64,000 nt of DNA, taken from NCBI GenBank assembly GCA_963816185.1, contig CAWFJJ010000028.1, positions 1 through 64,000 of the forward strand, in the 5' to 3' direction. This document shows, piece by piece, positions 8,617 to 18,596 of this stretch. Numbering within the stretch: position 1 is the stretch's first letter; every line of letters begins with the position of its first letter. Source of the DNA: Thermoanaerobaculia bacterium (lineage in GTDB: Bacteria; Acidobacteriota; Thermoanaerobaculia; UBA5066). A program made the translations under genes and the position numbers. The notes beneath the pieces were generated by a model. That model did not search any database and was not told the origin of the DNA. It saw only the letters and a program-made list of their open reading frames with translations.

Positions 8617-10104
8617 TTGACCGAGCCGTCGCCGGCCGAGCTTCTCGAAGGATCGTTCGTCGCGCTCGCCGATGCCGTCGGCACCGGACGGATCGCCGCA
8701 GGCGCCGTGGCCGAGGAGGCGCTTCAACGCACCCGAAAGGCGCAGGAGGCGCTCGGCGCCTTCCTGTCGGTGGATGCTGCGAGAACTCTGGCCGAAGCGG
8801 AAGAGGTCGACCGCCGCGTCCACGCGGGCGAGCGGCTGCCGCTTGCGGGCGTCCCGTTCGCCGTGAAGGACAACATCAACGTCGCGGGCCGCCCCTCCAC
8901 GGCCGGCTCGAAGATCCTCGCGGGCTTCGTCGCGCCGGATCACGCGACGTGCGTCGCGCGGCTCGTTCAGGCGGGAGGGGTCGTCGTCGGCAAGACGAAC
9001 TGCGACGAGTTCGGGATGGGCTCGTCGAACGAGAACTCGGCGTACGGCCGGGTCCGGAATCCGTGGGATCTATCGCGCGTGCCGGGCGGGTCGTCGGGGG
9101 GGTCAGCGGCGTCCGTCGCCTCGCGCGCAGTCCCGCTCGCGATCGGAACCGATACGGGCGGCTCCGTGCGGCAGCCGGCCGCCCTCTGCGGCCTCGTGGG
9201 CTGGAAGCCGACGTACGGCCGCGTCTCGCGGTACGGCCTCATCGCCTTCGCGTCGTCCTTCGATCAGGCGGGCGCCCTGACGCGGTCGGTGGACGAGGCG
9301 GCACGCGCATTTGCCGTCATGGCGGGCGCCGACCCAAGGGACTCGACTGCGCTCGCGACGCCCGTGCCGGACGTCCTCGCGGCGCGGGGTCGAGGCGCCC
9401 GCGGAACGCGGATCGGACTTCTCGCGGAGGCTTCGTCGGCCGAAGGAGGCCTTCATGCGGACGTGAAGGCCTCTTTCGAGTCGGCCGCGGCGGCGCTCGG
9501 CGCCGCAGGCGCCGTCGTGACGACCGTGTCCGTGCCGCGCGTGACGCTCGCCGTGCCGATCTACTACCTCACGGCCACGGCCGAGGCCTCCTCGAATCTT
9601 TCCCGGTTCGACGGCGTGCGCTATGGAGTGAGAGCGGACGAGGCCTCGCTCGCGGACCTCTATCGGAAGACGCGATCTCAGGGCTTCGGGCCCGAGGTGA
9701 AGCGTCGAATCCTGCTCGGCACGTTCGCGCTCTCCGCCGGCTATCACGACGCGTACTACGTAAGGGCCCAGAGGGTCCGCGCCCTTCTCGCGCGGGACTT
9801 CGCCGCGGCCTTCCGCGTCGTGGACGCGATCCTGTGCCCGACCTCGCCCGAGCCGGCTTTTCCGCTCGGCGCGAAGGCGGACGACCCGCTCGCGATGTAC
9901 CTGGCGGACGTCTTCACGGTTCCCGCGAGCCTGGCGGGCCTGCCCGCGGTCTCGGTTCCGTCGGGCTTTTCCCGCGACACTCTTCCGATCGGGATGCAGC
10001 TCATCGGGCCGGGTGACTCGGAGCCGCTTCTCTTCGCGCTCGCACGCGTCCTCGAGGACGCATCCGGCGCCCTTGCAAGGCGTCCACCGGGCGCGGTGAG
10101 TTGA
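8617..10104 (+). CDS. gatA: Asp/Glu-tRNA amidotransferase subunit A
   Basis: Amidase signature PGGSSGGSA, GTDTGGSVRQPA, SSNLSRFDGVRYG, EVKRRILLGTF. Confidence 0.97.
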   Translation: MTEPSPAELLEGSFVALADAVGTGRIAAGAVAEEALQRTRKAQEALGAFLSVDAARTLAEAEEVDRRVHAGERLPLAGVPFAVKDNINVAGRPSTAGSKILAGFVAPDHATCVARLVQAGGVVVGKTNCDEFGMGSSNENSAYGRVRNPWDLSRVPGGSSGGSAASVASRAVPLAIGTDTGGSVRQPAALCGLVGWKPTYGRVSRYGLIAFASSFDQAGALTRSVDEAARAFAVMAGADPRDSTALATPVPDVLAARGRGARGTRIGLLAEASSAEGGLHADVKASFESAAAALGAAGAVVTTVSVPRVTLAVPIYYLTATAEASSNLSRFDGVRYGVRADEASLADLYRKTRSQGFGPEVKRRILLGTFALSAGYHDAYYVRAQRVRALLARDFAAAFRVVDAILCPTSPEPAFPLGAKADDPLAMYLADVFTVPASLAGLPAVSVPSGFSRDTLPIGMQLIGPGDSEPLLFALARVLEDASGALARRPPGAVS

Positions 10105-11873
10105 GCGGCCGGCAGCTTCTCGTCGCCGCGGCCTGCGCCGCGCTCCTCGTGCCGGCCGCCTCGTCGTCTCCATCCTCCGCCGTCCGCCGCGTCGAGGTGT
10201 CGCGGGACTTCGCTGTCCAGCGCTCGGACGGCGCGATCACCGTCGAAGCGCGGGCTCTGGAAGGCGAGGCGCCGGTCGAATTCGCCCGCCGCGTTTCGAA
10301 GGACGACGCGACGGTGCAACGACTGCTCGCCTTGCCGGGCGTCGCGGCCGGGACCCAGAGCGCCGTCCTCTCCTACGCGGCTCTCTCCGACGAGTCGAAG
10401 CGCGCCGCGATCGCGGCGCTCTTCCCGTCAGACGTGCGCGCGACGGCGGGTTGGCTGCACATCGCCGTGGAGGAGGAGCGCCTCGCCGAGATCGCCGAAT
10501 GGTTCACGGGCGCGGCCGGGAACGCGCCGGCTCTCGCGAGGGAGAACGGGCTCACCCTCGACGTGGTGCCGCCCGGCGCCACGGTCCGGATTCCCGTGGA
10601 GCTCCTCCTTCCGCCGTTCCGCGACGCCGAGAGCGTGCCCGACACGGAGCCGCCGAACCTCGTTTACGACCAGGACGACAAGGGCCGGTACGCCGTGTAT
10701 CGCCTGCGCAAGGGCGAGGCGCTCTACTCGGCCGTCGTCGTGCGCTTCACGGGCCGCCTCGACGCCGTCGACGTGAACGACCTCGCGATGAAGATCGCCG
10801 CGCGCTCTGCGATCGAGAACGTCCACGCAATCCCGGTCGGCTTCCCCGTGAAGATCCCGATGGAGTATCTGACCGCGGAATTCCTCCCGAAGGACGACCC
10901 GCGCTCTTTGGAGCGAACGCGGGAGCGAGCCGAGTCCGCGCAGTTCGCGCGTCCCGAGATCGCCCGGGGGCTCGCCGGCGTGCGCGTGATCCTCGATGCG
11001 GGCCACGGCGGCCGCGACACGGGAACGCTTCACGGGGGCATGTGGGAGTCGACGTACGTCTACGACGTCGCCTGCCGGCTGCGGACGATCCTTGCCGAAA
11101 GGACGCGCGCCCAGGTCCTCATGACGACGAAGGACTCGGTGCTCGGGTGGAGGGTGCCCGACCGCGACGGTCTCCGCGGCAGCCGGTCTCAGGTCCTGCT
11201 CACCAGCCCGGCCTATTCCCTCGCGGATCCCACGGTCGGCGTGAACCTCAGGTGGTACCTCGCGAACAGCCTCATTCGCCGGCCCGGACCGGACGGGACG
11301 AAAGTGCCGCCGGAAAGGACGATCTTCGTCTCGCTGCACGCCGACTCGCTGCACCCCTCCGTGCGCGGCGCGATGGTCTACGTCCCCGGCGAGCGCTACC
11401 TGCGCGAGCGTTACGGCAAGACAGGACTGGCGTATGCGGCGTACCGCGAGGTGAAGGAGCAGCCGGTCGTCTCGTTCAACCGCAAGGAGCGCGTCGCATC
11501 CGAGGGCGCGTCCACCGCCCTCGCGAACGGAATCATCGCCGCTCTGCGCGAGGCGGGGCTGCCGGTGCACAGCTTTTCGCCGGTGCGCACACACGTGATC
11601 CGATCCGGCCGCGAATGGGTACCTGCGGTGCTCCGGTACAACCGGGTCCCGAACCGGGTTCTCGTCGAGCTCGCGAACCTCGGCAACGAGGAGGACCGCG
11701 CGCTCATGAAGACACGCAGCTTCCGCGAGTCCCTCGCCGAGTCGCTCGCGTCCGCGGTCGTCGGCTTCTTCGGCGGGCCGCCCCCGGAGCTCTACGGGCC
11801 GGTACCGCCGCCCCCATCCACGGCCGCGCCGCATCCGGTCAGGCCGGCGCCGAGAAGACGCAAGAAGCGCTGA
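10101..11873 (+). CDS. N-acetylmuramoyl-L-alanine amidase (Amidase_3) with LysM-like N-terminal region
   Basis: Signal peptide, ILDAGHGGRD, E, FVSLHAD, VLVELANL. Confidence 0.88.
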   Translation: MSGRQLLVAAACAALLVPAASSSPSSAVRRVEVSRDFAVQRSDGAITVEARALEGEAPVEFARRVSKDDATVQRLLALPGVAAGTQSAVLSYAALSDESKRAAIAALFPSDVRATAGWLHIAVEEERLAEIAEWFTGAAGNAPALARENGLTLDVVPPGATVRIPVELLLPPFRDAESVPDTEPPNLVYDQDDKGRYAVYRLRKGEALYSAVVVRFTGRLDAVDVNDLAMKIAARSAIENVHAIPVGFPVKIPMEYLTAEFLPKDDPRSLERTRERAESAQFARPEIARGLAGVRVILDAGHGGRDTGTLHGGMWESTYVYDVACRLRTILAERTRAQVLMTTKDSVLGWRVPDRDGLRGSRSQVLLTSPAYSLADPTVGVNLRWYLANSLIRRPGPDGTKVPPERTIFVSLHADSLHPSVRGAMVYVPGERYLRERYGKTGLAYAAYREVKEQPVVSFNRKERVASEGASTALANGIIAALREAGLPVHSFSPVRTHVIRSGREWVPAVLRYNRVPNRVLVELANLGNEEDRALMKTRSFRESLAESLASAVVGFFGGPPPELYGPVPPPPSTAAPHPVRPAPRRRKKR

Positions 11874-11937
11874 TCGGCGATCGCGATTTCGAACCCCTGA
11901 AGATTTCTTCGAAGGAGGTTCGTTTGGCGAAGTCTGT

Positions 11938-12960
11938 TCACGCGCGGGGGCGAAGGCACGAGGGACAAGGAGGAAGAGGGAGATTTCTTTGAAGAAGGTT
12001 GATGGAACGCAGCCGATCGATGCGGGCCGCGCCGCAGCACGAGGGGGGGCCGAGAGCGTCGGCGTTCCAGAGGTCTGCGAGAACGACGCCCGCCACGCGG
12101 AGGTGCCTGTCTTCACTTTCTAAGAAATCTCCCGGGGCGTTCCCCTCTTCCCTTTCTAAGAAATCTTCAATTGCCATCTCCAAATCCTCGAGCGTGGGAG
12201 ACTCGAACAGGCCTTGCCTCTGCACCTCTTCCATCGCGCCGTTCCCGAGGCGCGTCGGAATGAGCGAAACGACGTCCGCGCCCGCCCGGAAGGACGTCTC
12301 GACGCTCGCACGCGTGGCACGCGGCCATTCCTCCCTCCGGAGAAACGGAAGACCGACGAGGACGAAGACCCTGAGGGAGATTCGATTCCGGAGGAGGAAC
12401 GATGCAGCGGCGAGGAAGTCCGCGACGGTCATCCCCTTGTTCAACCTTCTGAGGATTTCCTCGTTGGAGGTCTCGAGCCCGAGCGCGACCTGCAGCTCCG
12501 CGCCGCCGAGGAGATCGCGAAACCTCAGGGTCGACTCGCCGACGAGTGCGGGATGGCTTTCCACGACCACCCGCCCGAAGCCGCGTGCAAGCGAGGCGAT
12601 CTCCACGTGGTCCCCTCTCGGGATCGCCGCGCGGTCGAAGAAGCTGCCCGCGTTGTAGAGCTTCAGAACGTTCACGGACGGCAGCCTCTCCAGGGCAAAT
12701 CGCATCTGCGCCGGGATCGCGCCTTTCGGCGTCGGCGCTTCGAGAGTGTTCTTCCAGAGATCGCACATGAGGCAGTGCCACGGGCACTCCCGGTTCGTCA
12801 GGAGGATCGTGGCGACGTGATCCGTGCCGCCGCCCGTGCGCGGCTCCTCCTCGACGTAGAAGCCGTACGGGCGGTAGGGATCCACCGGGTTTCGCGGGGG
12901 CCTCAGGCCGAGGATCGATTCCTCGCTGGCCTCGCGACTCGCCGCCAAGAAGTCGATCAA
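11938..12960 (-). CDS. Radical SAM domain/protein, TIGR01210 (RaSEA)-like; in frame with the upstream Asn-synthetase-like ORF
   Basis: CPWHCLMC CxxxCxxC, KLYNAGSFFD, VVESHP, GLETSN...LNKG; possible own TTG start at 12960. Confidence 0.85.
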   Translation of the reverse strand: MIDFLAASREASEESILGLRPPRNPVDPYRPYGFYVEEEPRTGGGTDHVATILLTNRECPWHCLMCDLWKNTLEAPTPKGAIPAQMRFALERLPSVNVLKLYNAGSFFDRAAIPRGDHVEIASLARGFGRVVVESHPALVGESTLRFRDLLGGAELQVALGLETSNEEILRRLNKGMTVADFLAAASFLLRNRISLRVFVLVGLPFLRREEWPRATRASVETSFRAGADVVSLIPTRLGNGAMEEVQRQGLFESPTLEDLEMAIEDFLEREEGNAPGDFLESEDRHLRVAGVVLADLWNADALGPPSCCGAARIDRLRSINLLQRNLPLPPCPSCLRPRA

Positions 12961-14301
12961 GCCGCGCCCCGGGGACCGCGAAAGGAACGCGGCGCGGTAC
13001 TGCGCCTCGGAGAAGGGAAAGCGGCGTGCGTAGACGTCCTGCCCGCCCGCTCCGTGCTGGAACCGGCGCTTCGGGTAGACGGGCATCTTCTGGCCGGTGA
13101 TCGCCTCGACCCCGCGCGAGACGATCTCACCCTTCAGCGCGTAGAGCTTCTCGACGCGGCCTTCCGTCAGGACGTCGAACGGGATGCCCTCGGCTACGGT
13201 GATGACGCGCGGCCGCGTGAAGGGGCTGAACCCGGAGAAGCCGCACGCGCGAAGCGGCGCGTACGTGCGTGCGTACGAACGGCTCTGGCCGCCGGAGTAC
13301 GTGTCCGAGTGCTTGAGAGAGCCGACGCCCCATCCCTCCTGATAGAGCATCAAGTTGTTGACGACGCTCCGGATCGTGAGCTCGGGATTCTCGTCGATGG
13401 GGTAATCCTTCAGGTTCTCGTCGCCGCCGTCGCCGTCGAGGAGGTATCGCCATTGGGGATGGCGTGCGCGGATGCCGCGGAGCAGCGCGAGCGCCATCGT
13501 CGCGGACTCGACGTCGCGCGGCTTGTAGTCCTCGATGACGCGTACCGCTTCCTTCGGGTCGAGAGAGGCCGGATCGACATCGACGCTCTCGAGGAAGAAA
13601 CCCATGTCGAACGCGTTCAGGAACGCCCGCGCCTGCGCGAGATCCGGGCCCTCGACGAGAGGGTCGCTCCCGACCGAAAGCGTGAAGGCCTTGAGGCGCG
13701 CCGGGCTCGTGCCGAGGCGGCGAAGGACGTGGTGCGTCACGAGGAACACGGCGCCGCTGTCGATCCCGCCCGAGAAGCAGACACCGACCGGTTCGTTCGC
13801 GGGAACCGTCTCGAGCGCCTTCGCGATCTCGTCCGCGAGCGCGCCGACGTAGAGGCGGCCGATCTCGTCGAGATCCGCGGGAAGGACGTTCCGGGCGGGC
13901 GTGAACGTCCGCACGTAGCTCGGGGAGGGATCCGGGCAGCCGACGAGGCGCAGAGTCACGACGTGGTGGGCGGGCACCATTCGCGTGTAGCTCGGGTGGA
14001 ACTGATCGGCGTGCCCGTTCGCCGAGAGCCATCCCTCGATCGTGTCGATCCGGTCCGCGACGACGAGAACGGGACCGTCCGCTTCCTTGGCGAGGAAGTA
14101 TCTCAGCGGGCGGTCGAGCGAGCGCGCGAGCCTCACCGTGATCCCGTCCACGCCGACGAGCGCGTACGAGCCGTCGAGAGCGGCGACCGCTTTCGCGTTT
14201 CCCGAGGCGACGTGCGCGCGGGCGTCGTCGAGGGAGTGGCCGCGGAGAGCGTTGAGAGCGGGATCGGTGAGGTCGACGACGCGGGCGACGGAACGGTACA
14301 T
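12961..14301 (-). CDS. Asparagine synthetase-like ATP-dependent ligase domain (PP-loop)
   Basis: FSGGIDSG PP-loop, DGDGGDE motif, LKGEIV..PKRRFQHG; ATG 14301 with GGAGG RBS; no N-terminal catalytic Cys. Confidence 0.85.
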
Positions 14302-14326
14302 GGGACCTCCAGCCTCCTTGGCGATC

Positions 14327-15235
14327 CTAACGCGCCGGGTCGGGGCTGTCCGAGCGGCGTCCGATGCGTGTGAGCGCGAGGCCGGCGAGCACGACGGCCG
14401 CCGAAAGGACTTTCTGCGCATTGAAGCGCTCGCCCGTGAGGATGGCCGACATGACGCCGGCGAGAACCGGGGTGAGGAAGGCGAGGCTTGTCGCCTGCGC
14501 GACGCCGAGCGCGCGCACGGCCCCGAGCCAGAGCCGGAAGGCGACGACGAGGGGAAGGAACGTCGACAAGACGACGATCACCCACGTCGACGGGCGGATG
14601 TGTGCGTAATCCTGCCGGAGCATGTCGGGCACGGTGTACGCGAGAACCAGGGGAGTCCCGCCGCCGAACGCGGCGAGCAGGGTGCCGAAAGGCGAAAGGA
14701 ACCGGGCGGCGCGGGCGGACGCGACGTTGTAGACGGCCCAGGACGCGGCCGCTCCGAGGCACATGAGGTTTCCCGCCGTGCTGCCGAAGTCCGGACCCCG
14801 GGCCGAGCCGACGAAGAGGGCGACCCCGCCCCAGGCGACGAGCGAGCCCGCGCCCGCGAGCGGCGACATGCGCTCCCAGCCGAAGAGGACGACGAGAAGC
14901 ATCGCGATGAGCGGCGAGACCGAGTTCAGGAGGGCCGCGGAAAAACCGCTCGTCGAGGCGAGTCCGAGCGCGTAGAGCCACTGGTACACGCCGACACCGG
15001 AGAGGGCGAGAACGACCGCGAGGCCGCGCGCGCCGGGCGGGGGCACGAGACGTTCCCGCCGGACGAGCGCCTCGGTGATGAGAAACGCCGTGGCGAAGAC
15101 GATCCGCCATCCGGTGAACGCCAGCGGGGAAAGCTCGCGATAGACGATTTTCGTGGCCGGGTAGTTCACCGCCCAGATGAGGACGGCCGCCAGCGCACCG
15201 AGGACGGCGAGGGTTCGTCGCAGGGCCGCCGTCAC
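14327..15235 (-). CDS. DMT/EamA family transporter
   Basis: ~10 TM segments, IWAVNYPATK, two EamA repeats. Confidence 0.9.
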   Translation of the reverse strand: MTAALRRTLAVLGALAAVLIWAVNYPATKIVYRELSPLAFTGWRIVFATAFLITEALVRRERLVPPPGARGLAVVLALSGVGVYQWLYALGLASTSGFSAALLNSVSPLIAMLLVVLFGWERMSPLAGAGSLVAWGGVALFVGSARGPDFGSTAGNLMCLGAAASWAVYNVASARAARFLSPFGTLLAAFGGGTPLVLAYTVPDMLRQDYAHIRPSTWVIVVLSTFLPLVVAFRLWLGAVRALGVAQATSLAFLTPVLAGVMSAILTGERFNAQKVLSAAVVLAGLALTRIGRRSDSPDPAR

Positions 15236-15332
15236 GATCTCACTCTGCCATGAGGCCTGCTATATTCCCACGGCTTCTGCGGCCCGCCGGCGGCGTCCGG
15301 TCGAGGCCAGGCGCGGAGGTCACCAAGAAGAG

Positions 15333-16340
15333 ATGCTCGAAGCACAGGGTCTTTCAAAGTCGTTTTACGGGATCCCGGCGGTCACGGACGTGAGCTTCCG
15401 GGTCGAGAGCGGCGAGATTCTCGGCTTTCTCGGCCCGAACGGAGCCGGCAAGACCACCACGATGCGGATGATCACGGGCTTTCTCGCGCCCACCGCCGGC
15501 CGCGTCACCCTCGCGGACGTGGACGTCGCGGAGAAGCCGCTGCTCGCCAGGCGCTCGCTCGGCTACCTGCCCGAAACGCTCGCGCTTTATCCGGAGATGC
15601 GGGTCCGGGAGTACGTCGCCTTCCGCGCCGAGCTTTGCGGGGTGCCGGGACGCGACGTGAAGGCGTTCGTCGACGAGGCTCTCGGGAAGTGCTTCGTGGA
15701 CGACGTCGCGTCGACTCCGATCGGCAACCTCTCGAAGGGATATCGCCAGCGCGTCGGCCTCGCGGGGGCGCTCGTCCACAAGCCGAAGGTGCTCGTCCTC
15801 GACGAGCCCACGGTCGGCCTGGACCCGCGCCAGATCGTGAAGGTACGCGAGCTGATCCGCGACCTGAGGAAGGACCACACGATCCTGCTCTCGACGCACA
15901 TCCTCCCCGAGGCCGAGCTCGTCTGCGACCGGATCCTCATCATCGACAAGGGACGCATCGTGGCGTCGGGGACGCCCGAGACGCTCCGCCACCAGATGTC
16001 GCAGATGCCCAGCGTGACGGTGGGCCTGAAAGGCGAGGTGCCCGAAGCCGACGCGGTGTTCCGCCAGCTGCCCGGGGTCACGGGCGCGTCGCGCATCGGC
16101 GCGGGCGGCGAGACGCGCGTCACGCTCGACGGCGAATCGGGCACCGACCTGCGCGAATCCGTCTTCAAGGAGGCCGTCACCCGCGGCTGGACCCTGCTGG
16201 AGCTCACACCGCGCCAAGCCTCGCTCGAGGACGTCTTCGTGCGCCTCGTCTCGCGCGACGCCGCGGTCGAGGTCGACACGCAGCCGGGCGTCAACCCGAA
16301 CGCCGCGGCTCCCGCCGCGGGCACGGAGGGGGCGCCGTGA
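15333..16340 (+). CDS. ABC transporter ATP-binding protein (GldA-like)
   Basis: GPNGAGKTT, LSKGYRQRVGLA, LDEPT. Confidence 0.93.
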   Translation: MLEAQGLSKSFYGIPAVTDVSFRVESGEILGFLGPNGAGKTTTMRMITGFLAPTAGRVTLADVDVAEKPLLARRSLGYLPETLALYPEMRVREYVAFRAELCGVPGRDVKAFVDEALGKCFVDDVASTPIGNLSKGYRQRVGLAGALVHKPKVLVLDEPTVGLDPRQIVKVRELIRDLRKDHTILLSTHILPEAELVCDRILIIDKGRIVASGTPETLRHQMSQMPSVTVGLKGEVPEADAVFRQLPGVTGASRIGAGGETRVTLDGESGTDLRESVFKEAVTRGWTLLELTPRQASLEDVFVRLVSRDAAVEVDTQPGVNPNAAAPAAGTEGAP

Positions 16341-17074
16341 GGGCCTTCGTCGCGATCGTCAAACGGGAGTTCTTCTCGTACTTCGTCTCGCCGCTCGGAT
16401 ACCTCGTGCTCACGTCGTTCCTGCTCGTGAGCGGGTGGGTGTTCATGGTGCTCGTCGGCGCCCTCAATTCCCCGGAGACGCCCCGGATGGCGCTCATGTC
16501 CACGTTCTTCACGAACGTGTTTCAGTGGATCTTCCTGATGCTCGTCTCGGCGATCATCGCGATGCGCCTCCTGACGGAGGAGCGCAAGTCGGGCTCCATC
16601 GAGACGCTTCTGACCGCCCCCGTGTCCGAGGGGACCGTCGTGAGCGCGAAGTTCGCGGGAGCCTGGTGCTTCTTCCTGTTCCTGTTCGTACCGACGGCGA
16701 TCTACCCGCTGCTGCTGTCGCGCTTCGGGGGGCTGGACGTGGGCCCCGTTCTCGCGGGCTATCTCGGAATCGCGCTCATCGGCGCGCTGTTCATCTCCGC
16801 CGGCACGTTCGCCTCGGCCCTGACGAAGAACCAGATCCTCGCCGCCATCATCGCGTTCGTCCTCATCCTCGGCACGTTCATCATCGGGGTCGCGCGCGAC
16901 TTCCTGCCCTTCCCCGAGGCGCGCGACGCGTTGAGCTACCTGAATATCCTCGAGCACATGGACGATTTCTCCCGGGGCATCGTGGACACGCGACGCATCC
17001 TTTACGTCGTCTCGACGGTCGTCTTCTTCCTCTTCCTCTCGACACGCGCCCTCGAGGCGAACAAGGCCCGCTGA
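16337..17074 (+). CDS. ABC-2 permease (GldF-like)
   Basis: REFFSYFVSP, MRLLTEERKSGSIETLLTAP, SALTKNQILA; GTG overlaps the upstream stop. Confidence 0.9.
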   Translation: MRAFVAIVKREFFSYFVSPLGYLVLTSFLLVSGWVFMVLVGALNSPETPRMALMSTFFTNVFQWIFLMLVSAIIAMRLLTEERKSGSIETLLTAPVSEGTVVSAKFAGAWCFFLFLFVPTAIYPLLLSRFGGLDVGPVLAGYLGIALIGALFISAGTFASALTKNQILAAIIAFVLILGTFIIGVARDFLPFPEARDALSYLNILEHMDDFSRGIVDTRRILYVVSTVVFFLFLSTRALEANKAR

Positions 17075-17075
17075 G

Positions 17076-18589
17076 ATGGCCAACGCCGTGAAAGACACCC
17101 CTTCGCGCTCCACGTACCGCGCCACTCTCGCGATCTCGATCGTCCTCGGCCTCGGGATCCTGATCCTCGTGAACTACATCGGCTCGCGGCGCTACGCCCG
17201 CTTCGACTGGACGACGACGGGGCGTTACTCGCTCTCGGAGAAGACCGTCAACGTCCTCAAGGGCCTGAAGTCTCCCGTCCAGGTCACCGTCTTCATGACC
17301 GCCGGGACGCCGCTCTATCCGGAGGTCGACGAGCTCCTCAAGCGCTACAAGGCGAAGAGCGCGATGCTCACGGTCGAGACGCTCGACCCGACGCGCAACC
17401 CGATCCGGGCGAAGACCTTCGTCGAAGAGACCGGGGTGAGGAATCTCGCCGTCGTCTTCCGCGCCGGCGACAAGAAGAAGATCGTCACCGAGGACCGGAT
17501 CGTCGAGTACGACTACTCGCGCGCCATGATGGGCGGGGAGCCCTCGGTGAAGAGCTTCCGCGGCGAGCAGGAGTTCACGTCCGCGATCCTCAGCGTCACG
17601 CAGGCCAAGGCCCCGAGAGTCCTCTTCACGTCCGGGCACGGGGAGCGCAAGTTCGACGCGGCCCGGACCCGCGAAGGCTTCTCGGAAGTCGCCGAGTCGC
17701 TCAAGGCCGACAACTGCACCGTCGAGGAATGGGCCACGCTCGGCGCGACGGCCGTGCCGGAAGGCGCCGATCTCGTGGTCGTCGCCGGACCGCGCACCCC
17801 CTTCACGGAGCCGGAGCGCGACGTTCTGAAGAAATATCTGGACGGCGGCGGCCGCGCTGTGTTCTTCCTCGACGTCGAGTTCCCGCCTGGAGCGGCGACA
17901 CTGTCCGACTTCGGGCTGGGCCCGCTGCTCACGTCGCTCGGCCTGACGCTGGACAGCGACGTCGTGGTCGACCCGAAGAACACCCTTCCCATGATGGGAG
18001 CCGAGACGGTTTTCGCGAAGAGCTTCCGGAGCCATCCCGTCACGAAGCTCCTCACCGGGATGCCCGTCGTCTTCCCGCTCGCGCGCTCGGTGAGCGTGGC
18101 CCAGCCGCGCCCGTTCCCGGCTGGAAGGCGACGCCGCTCGTCGAGACCTCGTCCGACGGGTGGGGCGAGACGAACTTGAAGGACCTCGAGAAGACGGGCC
18201 TGCCGAAGAAGGACGACAAGGACGTCAAGGGTCCCGTCTCCCTGGCGGCCGCCGTCGAGGCGGACGACGGCTCCAAGGCCGTGCCCGCCGAGGCGACGAA
18301 GCCCGCCGAAGCGCCGAAGAAGAAGGCTCGCGTCGTCGTCTTCGGCGACGCCGACTGGGCGTCCAACGCGGGCATCGCGAACGCCGCGAACCGGCTTCTC
18401 CTGTCGTCTGCCGTGAACTGGGCGCTCGAACGGGAGTCGCTCGTGGCAATCCCCCCGAAGAGCGCCGACCAGGTCGCCGTCACGCTCACGCGGCGCGACA
18501 TCGGCCAGGTCGCGTTCGTCGTGCTCCTTCTCCTGCCGCTCGCATCCGTCGCGATGGGCATCGCGATCTGGGTCCGCCGGCGCAAGTAG
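17076..18589 (+). CDS. GldG-like ABC auxiliary protein, frameshifted near 18105
   Basis: RFDWT..GRYSLS, FTSGHGE, RVVVFGDAD, C-terminal TM + WVRRRK; split across ORFs 17076..18179 and 17729..18589. Confidence 0.85.
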
Positions 18590-18596
18590 AAGAGCC

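Noticed and set aside
8325-10104. gatCA without gatB
   Set aside because: A separately located gatB is common; not informative within one window.
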